64,000 nucleotides of DNA from NCBI GenBank assembly GCA_963836235.1, contig CAWIIP010000004.1, positions 256,001-320,000 on the forward strand. The letters run 5' to 3'. Position numbers and translations under genes: made by a program. Below, in pieces: positions 31,463-40,350 of the stretch; the first letter of the stretch is position 1; every line of letters starts with the position of its first letter. The stretch is from an uncultured Pseudomonadota bacterium (lineage in GTDB: Bacteria > Oederibacteriota > Muellerivitia > Muellerivitales > Muellerivitaceae). The notes under the pieces were generated by a model. That model was not told where the DNA came from and searched no databases. It saw only the letters and a list, made by a program, of their open reading frames with translations.

Positions 31463-31992
31463 GGTTGGGCTCCTTGCGGAATTTGGGGCTTGGCGGAAGG
31501 CCAAACCAGGATGAACCCGGCCAACAGCAGACCCGTCATGAGCCCCAGGGCCTGGCCGAAGAGGGAATTGGGTTCCACCAGCATCACGCCCATCATGAAA
31601 GGATGCATATAGCCGCAGGTCATGGAACAGCGGTACCGGAACTTCCCACGCTTGTCGGCGGTAAAGACGATCTCGTCCGCGGGGGCAAAGGCCCAGGCTT
31701 GGGAAGGGTGACGCAATTGGATTCCGGATTTTCCGGCTTCCGCGATGGCGTCAATATCGTAACCCTCCATGTAAAAGCCGTGGGTCACGTCCCTGGAGGA
31801 AAATTTAATGTGAACCTCATCCCCCTGGTTGACCTTGATGATCGATGGATCGTAGGCGTACTTGTGGGCCAGGATGTTGAAATCACGCCTTTGGGGCTTG
31901 GGGGCTTCCGGGGTGGTGAAGGCTGGCAGGACGAATCCCGCCGCCACGACCAGCACCGCCAAAGTCCATTTACCGTTGTTTCTTGAAGCCAT
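31459..31992 (-). CDS. CuA-cupredoxin protein (oxidase subunit II/NosZ C-domain-like) with C-terminal TM
   Basis: DVTHGF...YRCSMTCGYMHPFM. Confidence 0.85.
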   Translation of the reverse strand: MASRNNGKWTLAVLVVAAGFVLPAFTTPEAPKPQRRDFNILAHKYAYDPSIIKVNQGDEVHIKFSSRDVTHGFYMEGYDIDAIAEAGKSGIQLRHPSQAWAFAPADEIVFTADKRGKFRYRCSMTCGYMHPFMMGVMLVEPNSLFGQALGLMTGLLLAGFILVWPSAKPQIPQGAQP

Positions 31993-32774
31993 TTTTTCTC
32001 TCCGTTTTTTAAAAGGCTTTTAATGTTTAGCCGCTGATGAATGAATGTCCCCTCACTGGGGACATTCCCGCTATGACCCCGAGTTTATTTTTTGTGAATG
32101 TCGATATCCGCGCTGGTCTCCGCGCCGTCGGTAACGGTTACTTTTTGATCAACGGACACCAGTTTGCCGTTGCAAGCCTTTAAGGTGTAATCGCCCGCGG
32201 GTACGCCCTTGATCGAGTAACTGGCGTATTGTTTCTTTTCCTCGTTATTGGTGACGAGGGAAGCTGTGGTGAAATAGGGGCTGTCCACGACTATCACGTA
32301 AGCGCCCATCTCGGGGTGGAGGGTACAAAGAAGGGGGGCGGTGCCAACCGTGTCGAACTTATAGCTTTTCACCACTCCGTTGCCCCATTGGCCCAAGTCG
32401 AAGGAACAGCAGGCGGCGGGGGAGGAGACGTTGTGGTTGACCGCGTCCTCGTTAAGGAAGTCGACCGTCGTGCCCTTTTGAACGGCCAAAATGTGGGGAA
32501 CGAAATTGAGTTTGACTTGGTTCATTTTGGCGTGCTCCGTGGGAGCCGTAAAATCGCTCTTGGCAACCGGCACCAGGTACACCACCACGTCCTTGTCGCT
32601 CTTGGGGCCGGTGGTTTCCACATAGGCCTTTTTCACGTGAATGGTTCCGCTGATCGTTCCGCCACCCGCCGCGAAGGCGAAGGAAGCCACGAAGAGGGCC
32701 AGGGCCCCGCCGATGACCGCCTCACCCACTAAAACCCGGAGTGCTTGTTTTTTTCCGCCTTGAAATATTTTCTT

Positions 32775-33829
32775 GCCGAATTCACGGAGTAAGTGCAACA
32801 CTTCGCCGGAAGACTTCCGCCGGAGTTTGAAAGCCCAAACATTTTTTGGGCCTGTTATTAAGCCATCTTTCAATGGCTTTGAGCTCTTTGAGAGACACTT
32901 TAGCAAGGTCGGTCTTTTTAGGCAAATGGCGGCGGACAAGACCGATAGTATTTTCCACTGTGCCTTTTTCCCAACTGTGGAAAGGAACGCAGAAAAAGGA
33001 TTTTGTACCAAGCACATGGTTGGTTTCCAGGTGGTTGGTGTTTTCGGTTCCGTTGTCGTAGGTCAGGCTCAAACGAGCCTCTTGAGGAAAGCGGCATAAA
33101 GAGCGGTTGAGGCTGTGACTCATGTGGGAAGCGGTTTTTCGTTTCAGCTTTCCCAATTTGGAAAAACGGCTTTGACGCTCGACAAGTGCCCGGAGAGCAA
33201 CTTTACTTTGACGAGAAACCATCGTGTCCGTTTCCCAGTGGCCGAACTGCTTGCGTTGGTTGACGACCTTGGGCCTTTTGTCGATGGAAACTCGGCCTGG
33301 GATATGGTTTTTGGCGTGCCTGTGGCTGTGACCGAAGGTGAGCCGCCGCCGGTGGTGACGGACGAGGCAAGGAATCAGATCAGTGGCCTCAGCGTAAATC
33401 CACTGGTAGATGGCTTCGGGGCCAATGGTTTGCTTAGGCCGCAGGTGGCCTAAACGGCCTGAAATGAGTTCGGGAGACCAGACTCGTTTCAATTGGCGAC
33501 GGACGTAGGCACGAATTCGTTTTGTTTTCAGGCGTAAACGACAAGCCCGTTGTTGGTTGCGGGTCACATACCGTTGATGGGCCCGATGGGACAGATAGTA
33601 ACCCGAACGGATGGGGGGAGCGTTGCGCTTGAGTTCCCTGGAGAGGGTGGAAGGAGACCTCTTCAAGGCACGGGAAATGGCCCGAAGGCTGAGGCCCTTT
33701 CCCTTCAAGACGGATAAATGATCTCTTTCCTCAACACTTAAATGCTTGTAGTTCTTTTTCATGGCCGCATATCCTATTGATGCGGCCTTCTTCAGGCACT
33801 AAGTGTTGCACTTACTTATGGAACTCGGG
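32775..33829 (-). mobile_element. IS30-family insertion sequence
   Basis: Imperfect terminal IRs sharing AGTAAGTGCAACACTT; 3-bp target duplication CTT (32772-32774, 33830-33832). Confidence 0.92.
32782..33762 (-). CDS. IS30-family DDE transposase
   Basis: YKHLS.EER, RSPST.SRELKRN, GHWETDT, LTYDNGTE, EKGTVENT.GL.R..LPK, LNNRPKKCLG. Confidence 0.97.
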   Translation of the reverse strand: MKKNYKHLSVEERDHLSVLKGKGLSLRAISRALKRSPSTLSRELKRNAPPIRSGYYLSHRAHQRYVTRNQQRACRLRLKTKRIRAYVRRQLKRVWSPELISGRLGHLRPKQTIGPEAIYQWIYAEATDLIPCLVRHHRRRLTFGHSHRHAKNHIPGRVSIDKRPKVVNQRKQFGHWETDTMVSRQSKVALRALVERQSRFSKLGKLKRKTASHMSHSLNRSLCRFPQEARLSLTYDNGTENTNHLETNHVLGTKSFFCVPFHSWEKGTVENTIGLVRRHLPKKTDLAKVSLKELKAIERWLNNRPKKCLGFQTPAEVFRRSVALTP

Positions 33830-33912
33830 CTTCTCGATCCTCATGGGAATCTCCTTTACCGATTTGGACTTGCGCTGCTTTGCAACAATAACTTCACGCC
33901 TTTAATCCCTCT

Positions 33913-33957
33913 ATGACGGCCATCACCTAACTTGAATAACAACATGACGCCCGTCAG
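33913..33957 (-). promoter_or_regulatory. Two Crp/Fnr-type boxes upstream of the Cu/Cyc2 operon
   Basis: ATGACGGCCATCAC (33913-33926; -10 TATTGT at 33890-33885) and ATGACGCCCGTCAG (33944-33957). Confidence 0.7.
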
Positions 33958-33984
33958 CTAACTTGAGTAACAATGTCCTTTAGG

Positions 33985-33999
33985 GCAAGCGGCATGCCA
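33985..33999 (-). promoter_or_regulatory. sigma54 promoter of the Cu/Cyc2 operon
   Basis: TGGCATGCCGCTTGC on the minus strand. Confidence 0.85.
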
Positions 34000-34058
34000 G
34001 AAGGGAATGCTGAAAAAAGCTGATATTCAAGGCGCGGTTCTTGGGGGAAGTATGGAGT

Positions 34059-34076
34059 TATGGCGGTGACGCCATA
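34059..34076. promoter_or_regulatory. bEBP enhancer TATGGC-N6-GCCATA (copy 2)
   Basis: TATGGCGGTGACGCCATA, 61 bp from the sigma54 GG. Confidence 0.8.
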
Positions 34077-34177
34077 GCGTTGGTGCAATAGTGGGAGTGA
34101 GATTTTTCGGGAAGAGAGGTGATTATTTTTGGGTAATGGAAACTTTGGCTTGGATTTTTTAAGCTTTTAAAAAAGCC

Positions 34178-34684
34178 CTAAATTCCTTGGTTATTTCGCC
34201 AAGATTCGGTCCTGGCTTCCGGCATCTTCTTATAAATATTGTTCAAGTGGGTTTTCAGTGTGGCCCTGGTAATGGACAGCTTGCGGACGATCTTGGAGTT
34301 TGTAAATCCTCGAATGCAAAGATTGGCGATTTCCAACTCTCTTTTGCTTAAATCCCTGTCCTTGAATCGTTGGAGCCAAGCGTCGTATTTCTTTTGCAAA
34401 GGATACAACATCACCATGCGGTAGGGAGCCGCGCTGAAAAAGAAGACGTCGAAAAATTGGTTTCCCACCTTTTGGTTGGAGAAGGAGCGGATACCCTCCT
34501 CTCCGATAGGCCGATTTAGGTTTTTTTCGCAGGATAAGACGCAGGTTTGAGGGCACTCCATTCCCGAAAAATTCCCGCAAAGTTTCTTGCAGGCCGAGTT
34601 TTGGAAATGAACATGATTTCCCATCCTCAAGAGGCAAATACTGGTGCGGTTCTTTCCTAAGGCTTCACTAAACCATGAGATCAT
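34178..34684 (-). CDS. LuxR-type HTH regulator with Cys-rich PAS-like N-domain
   Basis: LSKRELEIA....GFTN..I...LSITRATLKTHLNNIYKK. Confidence 0.85.
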   Translation of the reverse strand: MISWFSEALGKNRTSICLLRMGNHVHFQNSACKKLCGNFSGMECPQTCVLSCEKNLNRPIGEEGIRSFSNQKVGNQFFDVFFFSAAPYRMVMLYPLQKKYDAWLQRFKDRDLSKRELEIANLCIRGFTNSKIVRKLSITRATLKTHLNNIYKKMPEARTESWRNNQGI

Positions 34685-34774
34685 TTTCCACCCCGGGGGT
34701 TGATTGTGGGTTCATGCCTTTACAGGGAAAATGAACCTCCGTTGTATTAAACATTAAATGAACTTCGATGAAAT

Positions 34775-34788
34775 ATGACCCGAATCAT
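34775..34788. promoter_or_regulatory. Crp/Fnr-type box between luxR and the hemolysin III gene
   Basis: ATGACCCGAATCAT. Confidence 0.7.
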
Positions 34789-34820
34789 GTTCGGGATAAA
34801 ACCCGGTTGGGGAGGGCGAG

Positions 34821-35483
34821 ATGGCCGCCGTAACTTATGGAATATCCACTTATACCCCCCAACAGGAGTTGGCCAACCGCCTAACGGCGGGATTGGGAGC
34901 TGTCCTGGTGGGAGCTGGAACGGCATTGCTGATAGTCCTGGCCTGCCTCAAGGGAAACGCCTGGCATATTGTCAGTTTTAGCGTTTATGGCGGGACGCTT
35001 TTCCTGCTGTACCTGACCGCGACCCTTTATCACAGTTTCCGGTCACCGGGGGCCAGGAGATTTTTTGAGAAACTGGACCATTCGGCGATCTTTCTCTTAA
35101 TCGCAGGCACTTACACTCCTTTCACTTTGGTGACTTTAAGGGGAGCCTGGGGATGGTCGCTATTCGGCGTGGTGTGGGGAATCAGCCTTTTGGGTATTGT
35201 TTACAAACTCTTTTTCACGGGACGCCACCGGATTTTTTCAACCCTTCTCTATATAGGACTGGGTTGGATGGCGCTTTTGGCTTTTAAACCCCTAATATCC
35301 GCCCTCTCAATGGGCGGGATGGTTTTGCTGGTCTTAGGGGGAATCAGCTACAGTTTTGGGACGGTTTTTTACCACCGGGAAAGGCTTTATTACAGCCACG
35401 CTATTTGGCACCTCTTTGTGCTGGTGGGAAGCCTTTTCCATTACTTTGCCATTTTATATTACGTTTTGCCCGCAAAGGGATAG
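34821..35483 (+). CDS. Hemolysin III/PAQR-family membrane protein
   Basis: TLYHS, KLDHSAIFLLIAGTYTPF, HAIWHLFV. Confidence 0.93.
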   Translation: MAAVTYGISTYTPQQELANRLTAGLGAVLVGAGTALLIVLACLKGNAWHIVSFSVYGGTLFLLYLTATLYHSFRSPGARRFFEKLDHSAIFLLIAGTYTPFTLVTLRGAWGWSLFGVVWGISLLGIVYKLFFTGRHRIFSTLLYIGLGWMALLAFKPLISALSMGGMVLLVLGGISYSFGTVFYHRERLYYSHAIWHLFVLVGSLFHYFAILYYVLPAKG

Positions 35484-35572
35484 TTGGAAATTAATCTTAT
35501 TAGTTCTGACTAACTTGGAGGTCTTCGGGGTGCGGAAAAATATAATCAGCACCTCATAAACCCCACTTCTCT

Positions 35573-37203
35573 TCATTTCCCTTGTTGGTAAAGGTAGTTG
35601 GCCAAATCCTGAATCTGGGCTGGGGTTAATTGGTCTGAATAACCCTGCATGGCGGCGTCGGGGTTCAACTTGACCGGATCCTTGATATAGGCTGCTATAT
35701 AATCGGAATCTCGGACTCCGGCTATGTGGGTCAAATCGGGGCCTATTTCCTCGCCGACTCCATGGAATTTATGGCAGGTGGCGCAATTTTCCTCATAAAG
35801 TTTAGGGGCTGCGGCTGTGAAAGAACCGCCTCCCAGGCTGCTCATGTAAGCTACTAAGGCTTCCACTTCGCCGTCCAAAAGGTTGAAATTAGGCATCTTG
35901 GTGTTGGGTGTGATTTTCTTAGGGTTTCGGAAATGGTTGGCAAGCCAGTCCCGATTGCGGCGCACACCCACGTCATCCAAAACCGGACCCACGGTTCCAC
36001 CGTGGCCGTGCAGGGTATGGCAATATTCACAGTGAAGTTCCACGAAAAGCCGCTTTCCTTCCATGACCATGGGATCTTTTTCCCCTACCGGGTTGGTCAG
36101 GGGCGTTCGGGCGCCTTGAACGGTTAGGAATATCAGGCCTAGGACGGAAGTCCAACCGGCGGCCACCAGCCATTTGCGGTCGGCCGGATGGCGTTTGGGC
36201 CCCTTATCCAAAAAGGGAAGGGCGAATAAAGCGGAAACAACGATCAAGGGCAAAAGGACGATGGCGAAAGCCTCCAACTTGCCGGGAAAGTATTTCAGTA
36301 ACTGAAATACTGAAAGGAAATACCACTCGGGCCGGGGGTTGTAGGTCGTATCGGTGGGATTGGCTAAGTCCTCCAACTCCGCGCCTTTCCAAAGGGCGAC
36401 TCCCAGCACAATGAGAAAGACCAAGGTTACGGCCACTGTATCCTTGAAGATGATATAGGGCCAAAAGCTTTTGCCCTGCGCCTTGAGGTCCAGGTAACGG
36501 GCATTAAGCCGGGCCTTCCAATTGGGGTCTTTCGAGTCGGGCAAAGAAGCGCTGCGATCGGGGGGGCGGAGATGCCGTGCCAAACCACAAGAAACAAGTG
36601 GATGGCCATGAAAAGGACGGTCAGGACGGGGAAAACCAGCACGTGAATGGCGTAAAAACGGGCCAAGGTGATGGCGCCCAAATCCTGCCCGCCTTTCATG
36701 ACCCTGGAAAGAGCATCTCCGATGTAAGGAACTTGTTCCACCATGTGGGCCCCGACGGTGGTGGCCCAATAGGCTTTCTGGTCCCAAGGAAGAAGGTAAC
36801 CGGTGAATCCGAAACCGATCACGAAGAAAAAGAGCAGGATGCCGGAAAGCCAGGTGACTTCCCGCGGGTACTTATAGGCGCCCATGAAGAAAACCCGCAA
36901 AAGATGGAGGAACACCGAAACCACCATGCCGGTGGCGCCCCATTTATGGAGGCCCCTCAGCAATTTGCCCATGGGTACTTCGGAGGAAATGTATTTCACC
37001 GAGTCATAAGCGTGTTCAGGCGAGGGGGAATAATGCATAGCCAAAAGGATGCCGGTGACCACTTGAAGGAGAAAAAAGAAAAGGGTGACGCTTCCCAAGG
37101 TGTAACGCCAATCCACCCCCTTGGGGATGTGGCGGTCCAGGATGACTTCCTTCAGCTTTCTCCATCCGGTTCGTTCGTCGAGCCAATCCAGTATTGGTTT
37201 CAT
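35573..37203 (-). CDS. Cytochrome b / subunit IV / diheme cytochrome c fusion of a Rieske-cyt b complex; frameshift at G7 run 36560-36566
   Basis: cyt b motifs (RGLHKW, GYLLPWDQ, RFYAIH), then PRPEWYF, CEYCH, CATCH; adding one C joins HGISAPP|DRSASLPD. Confidence 0.88.
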
Positions 37204-37706
37204 TAGGCGGTTACCTCCGGCAGGACATAAATCACCCCGCCTTCCACTTTCACCGGGAAACGGTTCAGGGGTTTGGGAGGAGGTCCGGAAATAACTTTGC
37301 CATCCTTGGCAAAGGTTCCGCCGTGGCAGGGGCAAAGGAAAGCTTGTTTGGTGGCGTCCCACCGATAGGGACATCCCAAGTGGGTACAGTGGGGATCATA
37401 GGCCACCCATTCCCCTTTTTGGAGGATGACCCATACCGAACTGGGGCTTTCAATGACTTCCCAGCCGTCCTTCTTTCGTTTGACGTAATCCAACTTGATC
37501 GGCTCGCCTTCCCTGACGCTGCTGACCGGGCCCACTTCAACCCAATCTTCCTTTTTTGCCCGCCAAGCGGGTGACAGGAAATATAAAAGGCCAGACCCAC
37601 CCAAAATAAAGCTGATGAAACTACCCATGGCCGTGATGAGAATGATGAGGAACGTCCGGCGTTGTGGATTTTCAGGCTCGCTTTGGGTTTTATTTTCTGG
37701 GCACAT
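37203..37706 (-). CDS. Rieske 2Fe-2S subunit
   Basis: Tat RRTFL, CTHLGC, CPCHGG. Confidence 0.95.
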   Translation of the reverse strand: MCPENKTQSEPENPQRRTFLIILITAMGSFISFILGGSGLLYFLSPAWRAKKEDWVEVGPVSSVREGEPIKLDYVKRKKDGWEVIESPSSVWVILQKGEWVAYDPHCTHLGCPYRWDATKQAFLCPCHGGTFAKDGKVISGPPPKPLNRFPVKVEGGVIYVLPEVTA

Positions 37707-37826
37707 TCAAAACTCCTTGTGACGTTTTTCGAATTTTAAAGCGGCTGACGGATGATAAAGGCGAGGAGGTTCCCATAACCCCGGATTCCAAGATGGCCCC
37801 AAAAGGGGAATGGAAATTACCCAGGT

Positions 37827-38231
37827 TCATTTCGAGGCCGTGGATTGTAACGACTCCAGGTACTTAACGGCGGTTTTAATTTCCTCGTCCGTCAATTTGC
37901 CCTTGAATTTCGGCATTTTATTTTTGCCGTTAGTGACGGTCTTTACTTTGTCATCGGTTGTGAGTGTGACCGCGGCGGCCCGGGTGAGATCCACATTCAC
38001 GGGATCCACTTTAAGAACCTTGGCCATCTTGACGTTACCTTTGGCATCCTTGCCGTGACATTGGGCGCATTTGGCCTCAAAGAGCTTTTGTCCCGGTTGA
38101 GGCATGGCTTCCGCCGCGAAGGCGAAGGAGGCCAGAAATAGGGCCAAAGCCCCGCCAATGACGGCCTCACCCACCAAAACCCGAAGGCTTGGCTTATTTT
38201 CCTTTAAAGATGCTTTTTTGCTGATCCTCAT
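37827..38231 (-). CDS. Monoheme cytochrome c (copy 2, long leader)
   Basis: CAQCH, KMPKF; AAGGAGA RBS before ATG 38231. Confidence 0.9.
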   Translation of the reverse strand: MRISKKASLKENKPSLRVLVGEAVIGGALALFLASFAFAAEAMPQPGQKLFEAKCAQCHGKDAKGNVKMAKVLKVDPVNVDLTRAAAVTLTTDDKVKTVTNGKNKMPKFKGKLTDEEIKTAVKYLESLQSTASK

Positions 38232-38295
38232 GGAAGTCTCCTTATTTCGATTGAACTCGTCCCCGGAAAGATATCTTTTAGGCCTCTTTTCCCGT

Positions 38296-38309
38296 ATGAC
38301 GGCCGTCAT
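38296..38309 (-). promoter_or_regulatory. Crp/Fnr-type box (cyt c-Rieske-cyt b operon)
   Basis: Perfect palindrome TATGACGGCCGTCATA; -10 TATCTT at 38273-38268. Confidence 0.85.
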
Positions 38310-38344
38310 ATAAGTTGTTCTTTCAAACAACCGCATTCCTTAGG

Positions 38345-38359
38345 GCAAGCGGCATGCCA
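38345..38359 (-). promoter_or_regulatory. sigma54 promoter
   Basis: TGGCATGCCGCTTGC, identical to 33985-33999. Confidence 0.85.
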
Positions 38360-38418
38360 TTGGAAAAGCCTCTCAAAAAGCGGGTTTTCGAAACCATCGA
38401 ATTGGATAAGGCGGGAGT

Positions 38419-38436
38419 TATGGCATAGGCGCCATA
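38419..38436. promoter_or_regulatory. bEBP enhancer (copy 3)
   Basis: TATGGCATAGGCGCCATA, 61 bp from the sigma54 GG. Confidence 0.8.
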
Positions 38437-38480
38437 GCAGCGCCGCAATAGGGGGAAAGGGGATTAAAAGTTGAAAAATA

Positions 38481-38513
38481 AAAAAGGGGCCAGTTTTGGG
38501 CTAGCCCCTTTTC
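38481..38513 (-). terminator. Intrinsic terminator after cyt c copy 1
   Basis: AAAAAGGGGC-loop-GCCCCTTTT. Confidence 0.65.
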
Positions 38514-38541
38514 AAAACTTAAGGAGAGAGGTGATGAGTTC

Positions 38542-38919
38542 TTATTTTGAGCCTGCGGCGTTAGCTTGCAAAGATTCCAGATACTTGACGGCGGTTTGAA
38601 TCTCATCATCCGTCAATTTGCCCTTGAACTTCGGCATCTTCTTGTTTCCGTTGGTGACCGTTTTAATTTTATCCGCCGTGGAGAGCGTGACCGCCGCCGC
38701 CCGGGTCAGGTCCACATTGACCGGGTCGACCTTGAGGACCTTGGCCATCTTGACGTTCCCCTTGGCGTCCTTGCCATGGCATTGGGCGCATTTGGACTCA
38801 AAAAGTTTTTGGCCCGGCGACAAGGCGTCGCCATCGGCCAAGGCGAAGGCGGTTACGAAGCAAAAGAGCGATAAAAAAATTCCCAAAAAGCCAACAATCT
38901 CTCTGACATGTCGTTTCAT
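38542..38919 (-). CDS. Monoheme cytochrome c (copy 1)
   Basis: Signal peptide, CAQCH, KMPKF. Confidence 0.9.
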   Translation of the reverse strand: MKRHVREIVGFLGIFLSLFCFVTAFALADGDALSPGQKLFESKCAQCHGKDAKGNVKMAKVLKVDPVNVDLTRAAAVTLSTADKIKTVTNGNKKMPKFKGKLTDDEIQTAVKYLESLQANAAGSK

Positions 38920-38984
38920 TTAATCCTCCGAAATTCAATAAATTTAGGGGCCGCTTTTGGAGCGGCCCTTTTCTCGCGCAATTC

Positions 38985-40241
38985 TTAAAAGAATACAGCC
39001 AAAGAATCTGAAAGGGCGTAGACATTGTTGTAACCAATGACTCCCTGATCCGTCCTGGTTAATTTAAACGTCGGGTTCATGTAAACCTGTTCCACGAAGG
39101 GGGTCAGGGCACCCAGGGTAAATACCTGCGTGTCCGTGTATTGCACGTTGAGATTGGAGGAGGTGTAGTCATAACGGAATACCAAAGGCGTTATTTCATC
39201 CATCTCGTAATCCAACTCCCCGAAGAAACCGCCGGTGGTCGGCCCGACGGGCCCAACAGTGCCTGTGCCCGAGAATATTCCCGTATTCGTCTGGCCCAGC
39301 TCGCCGCCTACCTTGATATCCAGGTTCTTGACGATGGGGGAACTCGCGAATAAGGCCGTGTTGTAGTATTCCTGGCCCACGATGTTGCCCGTCGCGCCTG
39401 GTACCACACCGGCGTTATAGCCATTATAGAAAGTGGCATTTACCGCCAACCCGTCGTCCCCGATAAATTGGTTGACGAAAAGCTGGATGTCCTTTGAGTT
39501 GTTGCTGTCGGAAGTGGGGGCCGCGAGGCTGGAGGTGGTGACGGCTTTTCCGTTGGACGTGTTGATCAAACCGGTGTCCTGGGCATTTTGAATCCCATCG
39601 TAAAAACCCAGGGTGACCCGGGTGTCCTGGTGGGTATATCCCAATTCCAATCCGGTGCCGGTGGGTTTCACGGCGGAAGCGATGCTTGCGTTTCCGATAG
39701 GGCCCCGGTCCGATCCCCCGAAACCGTCGGCGCTGAATTTACCGAGCCTTACGGTAAAGAACTCGTTTTCATTGCCGGTAACATATCCCATTTTCTGGCT
39801 GGACAAGCTGGGAACCGATCCCGGGAAGATACCGGTGCCGTTCCCTAAGCCCAATTCGCTATACGAGAAAAAGTTTTTACTTATCCCCCCGCCAATGAAA
39901 ATACTTCCACTCCCTAAGGTGAAACTTCCGTTGTCCGGAACGGCCGTTTTATTCGCGTCGGTCGTGGTAGTGGCGCTTGCGCCGGCGCTATACCGCGCCG
40001 CGATATATTTGGTAATCTCGAATTTCCCGTCGTTCATGTCCTTTCCGATGTCGCTGGGAATCCGGTATCCAGCCGCGCGGAAATTGTATCCGAACTTGTT
40101 CAACTGGCCGTAACCCGGGTCGTGGCATGTCGAGCAATTGTAACTATACATCCTGGCGAACATCGGAACGGCTTGTGCGACTGGCGAGAAGCACAGGAAC
40201 AAACCGATTCCCAAAAAAATCATCAAGGCCGACTTTTTCAT
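38985..40241 (-). CDS. Cyc2-type outer-membrane cytochrome c-porin fusion (copy B, divergent)
   Basis: AVPMFARMYSYNCSTCHDPGYGQLNKFGYNFRAAGY after a signal peptide; beta-strand body; ends in VFF. Confidence 0.75.
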   Translation of the reverse strand: MKKSALMIFLGIGLFLCFSPVAQAVPMFARMYSYNCSTCHDPGYGQLNKFGYNFRAAGYRIPSDIGKDMNDGKFEITKYIAARYSAGASATTTTDANKTAVPDNGSFTLGSGSIFIGGGISKNFFSYSELGLGNGTGIFPGSVPSLSSQKMGYVTGNENEFFTVRLGKFSADGFGGSDRGPIGNASIASAVKPTGTGLELGYTHQDTRVTLGFYDGIQNAQDTGLINTSNGKAVTTSSLAAPTSDSNNSKDIQLFVNQFIGDDGLAVNATFYNGYNAGVVPGATGNIVGQEYYNTALFASSPIVKNLDIKVGGELGQTNTGIFSGTGTVGPVGPTTGGFFGELDYEMDEITPLVFRYDYTSSNLNVQYTDTQVFTLGALTPFVEQVYMNPTFKLTRTDQGVIGYNNVYALSDSLAVFF

Positions 40242-40306
40242 TTTCTCTCCTCCTGAAAAAATTGAACGGATTTAATCCGTTCGAAAAGAAGGTTATTGCC
40301 TTTTCG

Positions 40307-40342
40307 AAATTCCTTGTATGACGAAGGTCATACAAGGAATTT
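40307..40342 (-). promoter_or_regulatory. Crp/Fnr-type box embedded in a perfect 16-bp inverted repeat
   Basis: AAATTCCTTGTATGAC-GAAG-GTCATACAAGGAATTT; core box 40318-40331; -10 TAACCT at 40295-40290. Confidence 0.8.
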
Positions 40343-40350
40343 GCTGAGTC

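Larger units (their letters stand above)
32085..33844 (-). pseudogene. Secreted type-1 copper (cupredoxin) protein interrupted by IS30 at codon 5
   Basis: HNV...CTLHPEM motif; ATG at 33844 with AAGGAGA RBS; removing the IS and one AAG restores MRIEKKIFQGGKKQALRVLV. Confidence 0.85.

Noticed and set aside
28477-31992. Cytochrome c oxidase or nitrous-oxide reductase operon
   Set aside because: Only CuA domains are present; there is no heme-copper subunit I, NosZ propeller or nosDFY.
32085-33017. 310-aa ORF as given in the track
   Set aside because: Its N-terminal part is an alternative frame of IS30; the true start is 33844.
35573-36787. Separate 404-aa gene with a GPESLLGHH N-terminus
   Set aside because: The N-terminus is off-frame cytochrome b sequence; it is the distal part of a frameshifted fusion.
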